DNA of 64,000 bases from Pirellulales bacterium (GTDB lineage Bacteria; Planctomycetota; Planctomycetia; Pirellulales; JAEUIK01), in contig JBFXAH010000011.1 of assembly GCA_050184475.1 (NCBI GenBank), positions 11,208 through 75,207 on the forward strand, read 5' to 3'. The translations under genes were made by a program, and so were the position numbers. A model generated the notes under the pieces. It saw nothing but the letters and a program-made list of their open reading frames with translations, did no database searches and was not told where the DNA came from. This document shows, piece by piece, positions 56,841 through 64,000 of this stretch (position 1 is its first letter; every line of letters begins with the position of its first letter).

Positions 56841-57596
56841 ATGATTCGAAAGCTATTGATTCCCGTCGTCGTGGTTGCCGTCGTCGCGGCGCAATGGGCA
56901 TCGTCGGCCAGCGCGCAGCAATGGGGGACGCTCAAGGGCAAATTCGTCTACGACGGACCGGCCCCGACCCCCGAACCGCTGCGCATCGACAAGGACCCCG
57001 AGTGCTGCAAGGTCAAGCACGTCGACGAGTCGCTGCTGGTCGGTTCTGAAGGGGGGCTGGCCAATGTCGTGCTGTACGTCCGCACGCCGAAAGTGGCCGT
57101 CCATCCCGATTACGAAAAGACCGCCAAAGAGGACGTGGTGATCGACAACAAGACCTGCCACTTCGAGCCGCATATCGTCGTCGTCCGGCTCTCGCAGACG
57201 TTGCTGATCAAGAACTCCGATAGTTGCGGCCACAACACGAACGTGGCGCCGCTGGGGGACACGGCGATCAACCCACTGTTGCCGCCTGCCGGCGAGTTCA
57301 AACACACGTTCCGCCGGCAGCAGAACTTGCCCTTCCCGGTGAGTTGCAACATCCACCCCTGGATGAAGGCTCACGTCCTGGTGCGCGACAATCCGTACTT
57401 TGCCGTCTCGGCCGCCGACGGCACCTTCGAGATCGAGAACCTGCCGGCCGGCGAACTTGAATTCCAGGCCTGGCACGAGAAGGCCGGATACCTCGAGCAC
57501 ACCGGCTGGCCCAAGGGCAAGTTCAAGCAGACCATCAAGGCCGGCGTCAACGACCTGGGAGCGATCAAGATCAGCCCGTCGGTCTTCAAGAAGTAA
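56841..57596 (+). CDS. secreted cupredoxin-like (putative type 1 copper) protein with a C-terminal carboxypeptidase-regulatory-like beta-sandwich, paralog 1
   Basis: Signal peptide MIRKLLIPVVVVAVVAAQWASSASA. Candidate copper ligands are H in CGHNTN and C/H/M in SCNIHPWM. Followed by AADGTFEIENLPAGELEFQAWHE. Confidence 0.6.
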   Translation: MIRKLLIPVVVVAVVAAQWASSASAQQWGTLKGKFVYDGPAPTPEPLRIDKDPECCKVKHVDESLLVGSEGGLANVVLYVRTPKVAVHPDYEKTAKEDVVIDNKTCHFEPHIVVVRLSQTLLIKNSDSCGHNTNVAPLGDTAINPLLPPAGEFKHTFRRQQNLPFPVSCNIHPWMKAHVLVRDNPYFAVSAADGTFEIENLPAGELEFQAWHEKAGYLEHTGWPKGKFKQTIKAGVNDLGAIKISPSVFKK

Positions 57597-57618
57597 CTCG
57601 CTTGCCGAAAGCTGAACG

Positions 57619-58533
57619 ATGATGCATTTTTCATGTCGCTCCGTGGCGCTCGTCGCTGCTCTGGCGCTGTTGGCCGCGGTCGTAACCGGTTGCGGCAGTC
57701 GATCGTACGAACAGCCACTGGCGCAGGCCGACGTGGTCGACGCCGTGCGCAAGTCGCTGGCCTCCGGCGCGGCCGAAGCCGAAGGCTCGAGCGGATCGGC
57801 CGCTACGGCCACGCCCACCGGCACCGGCTGGGGCTCGCTCACCGGCACCTTCTTGTTCGAGGGTCCGCTGCCGCCGGTCAAGCTGCTACCTACGGGCGGC
57901 AAGGATGCCCCCACTTGCAACCCCGATGGCATCCCCGACGAATCGCTCGTCGTCGATCCCCAGACAAAGGGGATCAAGAACCTGCTGGTGTTTGTGCGCA
58001 AGGTGTCGCGCATCAATCCGGCGATGACCGAGGCCGCTTCGCAGCCGGCCGTCTTCGACCAGAAGAACTGCATGTTCCTCAGCCACGTGCTGCCTGTCGA
58101 AGTCAAGCAAACGGTCATCCTCCGCAACAGCGAGGAGACCGTGGGGCATAACACGCAGATCTCGCCCCCGGCCGACACGGCGGTGAACCCGCTGCTGCCG
58201 CCGGGCGGTTCGCAGGACTACGCCTTCGGCCGGCCGCAGAACGTGCCGGTGCCGGCCACCTGCAGCATTCATCCCTGGATGAAGGCTTACATCATTCCGC
58301 GCGACAATCCGTACTTCGCCGTGACCGACGCGGCGGGCAAGTTCACGATCCCCAACATCCCCGATGGCGAAGAGCTGGAGATTCAACTCTGGCACGAGAG
58401 CGCCGCCGGCGCGCGGGGAGCACTGGTCGTGCCGGGGCTCACCGACGGCAAGGGGATCATCAAGCGCAAGCTCGGCGAGAACGAGGCGGTCGATCTGGGC
58501 GCGATCCAGTTGTCGGCGCCCGCTTTCCAATAG
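57619..58533 (+). CDS. cupredoxin-like lipoprotein, paralog 2
   Basis: Lipobox AAVVTGC. The same ligand pattern is present (VGHNTQ; TCSIHPWM), with DAAGKFTIPNIPDGEELEIQLWHE. It is colinear with the upstream paralog. Confidence 0.6.
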   Translation: MMHFSCRSVALVAALALLAAVVTGCGSRSYEQPLAQADVVDAVRKSLASGAAEAEGSSGSAATATPTGTGWGSLTGTFLFEGPLPPVKLLPTGGKDAPTCNPDGIPDESLVVDPQTKGIKNLLVFVRKVSRINPAMTEAASQPAVFDQKNCMFLSHVLPVEVKQTVILRNSEETVGHNTQISPPADTAVNPLLPPGGSQDYAFGRPQNVPVPATCSIHPWMKAYIIPRDNPYFAVTDAAGKFTIPNIPDGEELEIQLWHESAAGARGALVVPGLTDGKGIIKRKLGENEAVDLGAIQLSAPAFQ

Positions 58534-58662
58534 GCGCTGCGGCGGCAGCTTCCCTCAACACGGCCAGCACGAACCCCTCGACACGCGACAAATCGAACAA
58601 AGGCGAGTTTCTCCACAAGCCGCCGAGCTGACCCCAGCCCGGCCGTATGGGCGCAATCGAAG

Positions 58663-59943
58663 ATGAGCAAACCGCACGGTCCGCGAAAACTGCTTCTGAT
58701 GTTGGCGCTCTTGCCCGGCGCGGCCGCGCTGGTCGGCTGCGGGCAAGCCGACGTCGCCCGGTTTCGCTTGAACATGGAAGGGCGCGACCCAAGCTTCAAG
58801 TCAATGAAGGGGGATGACCGCCGACAAGCGATCGACACCGAGAAAGTTCGCGAGCAGTTGATGGTCGACTTGTTGACCGCCGCCTTCGGCACGCCCGACG
58901 AGCCTGTCGTTCCGCCCGAGTCGGGTCTCGACCTGGCCAAATTGCGGCGCGCCGCCGGACCGGTCGCCAGCTACGCGTCGGGGCAGCAGCACGGCTTGTA
59001 TCGCAAGCACTGTGCGCACTGTCACGGCATCTCGGGAGACGGCGCCGGACCGACCGCGCTGTTTCTCGATCCTTATCCGCGCGACTACCGGCCGGGGATC
59101 TTCAAATTCACCTCGACCGGGCCGGGCATGAAGCCGACGCGCGCCGACCTAGAGCGAACGATCCGCGAAGGACTGATGGGGACGGCCATGCCGTCGTTCG
59201 CCACGCTGCCGCAGTTCGAGATCGACGCGCTCGTCGAGTACGTCATCTACCTGAGCATTCGGGGCGAAACCGAAACGCTGCTCAACGCGGCCTTCGAGGG
59301 AGAAGAGCTCGAACCGATCGATACGAAGGCCGATGCCGCCGCGCGGCAAGAGCAGGCTGCCGCCCTGGCCGAACGACTCAAGCTCGAAGTGGGTGACCGC
59401 GCTTCGCTGTGGACGACCGCCCCCGACACCATCCTGGTGCCAGACCAGGAGGAGATTCCCCCGTTCTTGCCGGCCGAAGGGACTGCCGAGTGGCAGGCGT
59501 CGGTCGAGCGCGGCCGGTTGCTGTTCCGCGACAGTAAGACGGCCAACTGCATCAAGTGCCATGGCCCCAATGGCCTGGGCGACGGTGGCGGCGAGGAACT
59601 GTTCGACGACTGGAACAAGGCCAAACCGGCCAATTCCAGCGACGACATCGTGAATTGGCAGCTGCCCAAGCAAGAACTGCGACCCCGCAACTTGCGGCTG
59701 GGGATATACCGCGGCGGGCGCCGCCCGGTCGATCTCTATCGTCGCATTCACGTCGGCATCAAGGGGACGCCGATGCCGGCGGCCGGCAACGTGCTCAACC
59801 AGCCGGGACAAATCTGGGACATCGTCAATTACGTGTTGTCGTTGCCGTACGAGGCCTCGAACGAGAGCCCCCTTCCGCCGGGCACGGTCGCGCAGGCCAC
59901 GGCCAGCGCCGCGCCAACGTCGTCCACCGAAGCGCACCCCTAA
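58663..59943 (+). CDS. dihaem c-type cytochrome lipoprotein
   Basis: Lipobox ALVGCG. Two class I modules: CAHCHGISGDGAGP...MPSF and CIKCHGPNGLGDGG...GTPMPAA. Confidence 0.8.
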   Translation: MSKPHGPRKLLLMLALLPGAAALVGCGQADVARFRLNMEGRDPSFKSMKGDDRRQAIDTEKVREQLMVDLLTAAFGTPDEPVVPPESGLDLAKLRRAAGPVASYASGQQHGLYRKHCAHCHGISGDGAGPTALFLDPYPRDYRPGIFKFTSTGPGMKPTRADLERTIREGLMGTAMPSFATLPQFEIDALVEYVIYLSIRGETETLLNAAFEGEELEPIDTKADAAARQEQAAALAERLKLEVGDRASLWTTAPDTILVPDQEEIPPFLPAEGTAEWQASVERGRLLFRDSKTANCIKCHGPNGLGDGGGEELFDDWNKAKPANSSDDIVNWQLPKQELRPRNLRLGIYRGGRRPVDLYRRIHVGIKGTPMPAAGNVLNQPGQIWDIVNYVLSLPYEASNESPLPPGTVAQATASAAPTSSTEAHP

Positions 59944-60010
59944 CGCCAGCACCGGCGAACGTTCGCCGCGAAACCAAGCCGCCGCACCCCCCGAGCAAAG
60001 GTCAATCGCT

Positions 60011-60756
60011 GTGGGTAAGTTCTGGAGCCTGCTGTTCCTGCTGGTGCCGATCCTGGGCGTGCTCTGCTTCGCGGCCGCGCCGCTGATGGGCTACTGGTTG
60101 CCCGCCGATATCTCGGAGCACGGCTACCGCATCGACCACTTGTTCAAGTTCTGCCTGTACCTGACCGGCGTGGTGTTCATCGTCACCGAGGTGGTGCTGT
60201 TCTGGTTCATGTGGCGTTACGACGGCCGCACCAATCGCGACCCGGTGAAGTTCTCGCACGGCAGCCACAACCTGGAGATCGTCTGGACGATCGTGCCGGC
60301 GGCCACGCTGCTGTTCATCGCCATCTATCAGATGAACGCCTGGGCCGACGCCAAGATCCGCACGCCCAACATACCGGCCACGGTCGAAGTCACCGGGCGG
60401 CAATTCGAATGGCGGATTCGCTATCCCGGCCCCGACGGAGAGTTGGGGACCGCCGACGACATCCACGACGTCAACGATCTGCATTTGCCCGTCAACGAGC
60501 AGATCGTGCTGAACCTCAAGAGCATGGACGTGCTGCACGACTTCTTCGTGCCGCAACTGCGCATCAAGCAAGACGCCGTCCCCGGCAACAAAATCCCCAT
60601 GTGGTTCACCGCCCGCGAGACCGGCACGTATGAGATCGTCTGTGCCGAGCTGTGCGGCTGGGGGCATTACAAGATGAAGGGCCGCCTGACCGTCGAAACG
60701 CGGGAAGCCTTCGACGCCTGGCTCAAACAACGCGCCGCGGAGCAAAAGGCCACGCA

Positions 60757-60760
<4 letters not shown>
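60011..60760 (+). CDS. ctaC: cytochrome c oxidase subunit II (CuA domain, no fused cytochrome c)
   Basis: Two N-terminal TM helices and the CuA site HDFFVP...CAELCGWGHYKM. GTG start. ATGA overlap with ctaD. Confidence 0.9.
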
Positions 60761-62553
<1,793 letters not shown>

Positions 62554-62577
62554 CGCCGACACCAGCGGCAATCCACC

Positions 62578-63729
62578 ATGTCGCACGCGCCGCAGAGCAT
62601 CGCCGCCACGTCGCGCTGGCCCCACCGGCTGGCGCTGGCGACTGCCTGCGCGACTTTTCCCCTGATCTGGGTTGGCGGACTGGTCACCACGCAAGACGCC
62701 GGCATGGCCGTGCCCGACTGGCCCAATACCTACGGCTTTAACCTGTTCTTGTATCCGTGGCAGGCCTGGTTGTACGGTCCGTTCGATATCTTCATCGAGC
62801 ACGGACATCGTCTGTTGGGGGCGACGGTCGGCTTCCTGACGATCCTGCTTTTGGTCGCCCTGTGGCGCGGCGAAGCGCGGCGCTGGGTTTGGGCGTTGGG
62901 CTGCCTGGCCCTGGTCGCGGTGATCGCGCAAGGGGGGCTCGGCGGCGCCCGCGTGCTGCTCAACGATCGCACGTTGGCGATGATTCACGGATCGTTCGGT
63001 CCGGCCTTCTTCTGCCTGGTTGTGGTCTTGATGCTGGTCACGGCGCCGCGCTGGCAAGGCGACGAGCCGCCAACATTGAGCGCGGCGACCAGCCGCGTGC
63101 GAAGGCTGGCCGTGCTGACCGCGCTATTGGCCTACGCGCAACTGCTCGTCGGCGCCAATCTGCGGCACTTGTCGCTTTCGGCCGCGCCGGCCGTGGGTCG
63201 AGCGCTCGCCTGGTTCCACATCGGGTTGGCGGCCGTGCTTGTCTGGCACGTGGTCCTGCTCGCCGTGGCCGCCAGCAAGTCGGGCGTGCCGGGTCTGGTT
63301 CGCCGCCCCGCCTGGTTGCTGATGGGTTTGCTGGTCGTGCAGCCGGTGCTCGGCGCGATGACCTGGGTCTTTAGCTACGGCTGGCCGCTGTGGACCGAAC
63401 AATTCGGCTGGTCGGCGGCCCATACAATTCGCGCCCAGGGGCTGTTTGAATCGCTCGTGATCACCGGCCATCAGGCGACCGGCTCGCTGATCGTGGCCAC
63501 GGCCGTGGCGACGACGTTGCGCGCCTGGCGCTGGCTAGCGCCCGCCGGTTCGCTGTCGGTTGCTTCTCGCACGGCCGCGGGCGCCACTGCTGGCTTGTCC
63601 AGCAGTGTGACGTCCGAGCGGGCAGGGCAAGACGAGCGAGCCGTGACGCTCCCCGTGGGTCGCGCGCCGAGCTTCGGCTTGCTCGTCGGTTCCACTTCCG
63701 CACCCAGTTCGCTGGAGGTGGCGCGATGA
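62578..63729 (+). CDS. ctaA: haem A synthase (COX15/CtaA family) with an extended C-terminal tail
   Basis: WVGGLVTTQDAGMAVPDWPNTYG, EHGHRLLG and MIHGSFGPAFF (His ligand contexts), with eight TM segments. A ~65-aa tail after the last helix contains a REP-like hairpin in frame. The stop overlaps the ctaB start (ATGA). Confidence 0.8.
   Translation: MSHAPQSIAATSRWPHRLALATACATFPLIWVGGLVTTQDAGMAVPDWPNTYGFNLFLYPWQAWLYGPFDIFIEHGHRLLGATVGFLTILLLVALWRGEARRWVWALGCLALVAVIAQGGLGGARVLLNDRTLAMIHGSFGPAFFCLVVVLMLVTAPRWQGDEPPTLSAATSRVRRLAVLTALLAYAQLLVGANLRHLSLSAAPAVGRALAWFHIGLAAVLVWHVVLLAVAASKSGVPGLVRRPAWLLMGLLVVQPVLGAMTWVFSYGWPLWTEQFGWSAAHTIRAQGLFESLVITGHQATGSLIVATAVATTLRAWRWLAPAGSLSVASRTAAGATAGLSSSVTSERAGQDERAVTLPVGRAPSFGLLVGSTSAPSSLEVAR
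63583..63607. repeat. REP-like element, copy C, inside the ctaA coding tail
   Basis: GCCACTGCTGGCTTGTCCAGCAGTG with a perfect 9-bp stem (63585-63593/63599-63607). It is translated as ATAGLSSSV. Confidence 0.55.
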
Positions 63730-64000
63730 CCGCCTGGGCCCTGGCCTATGTCCGCCGCCACTCGCACGCCTGGTCGCGCTTCTGCGATTGGGCTACCTGG
63801 TCGCGGGTACGCGATTATGCGGAGCTGGCCAAACTGCGGATCGCCGTCATGGAGTTAATCACCGTGGCCGTGGGGGCCTGGCTCGGCGCGTGGGGCGCCC
63901 CTTCGCTCATCGCGCTTATGCACGCGCTGGTGGGGACGGCCCTGGTCGCCACGAGCGCCAGCGCCATCAATCAATGGATCGAACGCTCAAGCGATCGCCG
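63726..64000 (+). CDS. ctaB: protohaem IX farnesyltransferase (haem O synthase), 3' end outside the window
   Basis: YAELAKLRIAVMELITVAVGAWLG and LVGTALVATSASAINQWIERSSD match the CyoE/CtaB N-terminal region. The frame is open to the window end. Confidence 0.85.
   Translation, partial: MTAWALAYVRRHSHAWSRFCDWATWSRVRDYAELAKLRIAVMELITVAVGAWLGAWGAPSLIALMHALVGTALVATSASAINQWIERSSDR

Overview
Visibly high-G+C, gene-dense chromosomal segment. From its domain repertoire I infer it comes from a Planctomycetota (Pirellulales-like) genome. The supporting families are planctomycete-type cytochrome c modules, a DUF1598-like secreted protein, a PEP-CTERM tail, FHA-GAF-sigma54 and ECF/anti-sigma-vWA regulators, and ExbBD without TonB. 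I support about 47 protein-coding genes. I found no rRNA, tRNA or CRISPR array by eye.

Layout:
- 1-2.6 kb: ABC exporter pair and a small membrane protein.
- 2.8-8.3 kb: secreted redoxin/cytochrome c/Cu-monooxygenase-like/GAF fusion, hsp20 and the YgiQ radical SAM gene.
- 8.6-16.7 kb: PEP-CTERM lyase-like protein, Tat oxidoreductase, small antitoxin-like gene, GNAT, a triple-CPCC protein in a lower-GC pocket, and a DUF1598-like protein.
- 17.2-21.2 kb: FHA-GAF-sigma54 activator, enoyl-CoA hydratase and an FNR-like reductase.
- 21.4-26.6 kb: glycosylation cluster (GT2, methyltransferase, two GT-C membrane transferases).
- 26.7-30.8 kb: tsaB, a DUF151 nuclease and two paralogous unknown membrane proteins.
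- 31.2-40.5 kb: ECF sigma, anti-sigma-vWA, two TPR proteins, ExbB and two ExbD.
- 40.7-48.1 kb: xerD, pyrB-pyrC, a NYN protein, a hairpin-flanked IS200/RAYT-like gene, purD and a DUF4392 protein.
- 48.5-64 kb: one co-directional respiratory string. It runs Rieske, split cytochrome b, a 1535-aa eight-CXXCH cytochrome c, two cupredoxin-like paralogs, a dihaem cytochrome c, CoxII, CoxI, CtaA and CtaB.

Non-coding structure includes a REP-like hairpin family (CACTGCTGG-N5-CCAGCAGTG), one copy of which is translated inside ctaA. There is also an 87-bp composite palindrome and several terminator-like hairpins. Five gene junctions use ATGA stop/start overlaps.

No recognisable defence system, prophage or biosynthetic cluster is visible. 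The best candidates for something under-described are the respiratory string with its giant multihaem subunit and cupredoxin pair, the ECF/vWA-TPR-ExbBD module, the RAYT-plus-hairpin element and the triple-CPCC gene.

Many long ORFs in the six-frame track are antisense shadows typical of high-GC DNA and were not called. All family names come from motif recognition by eye, not from searches.
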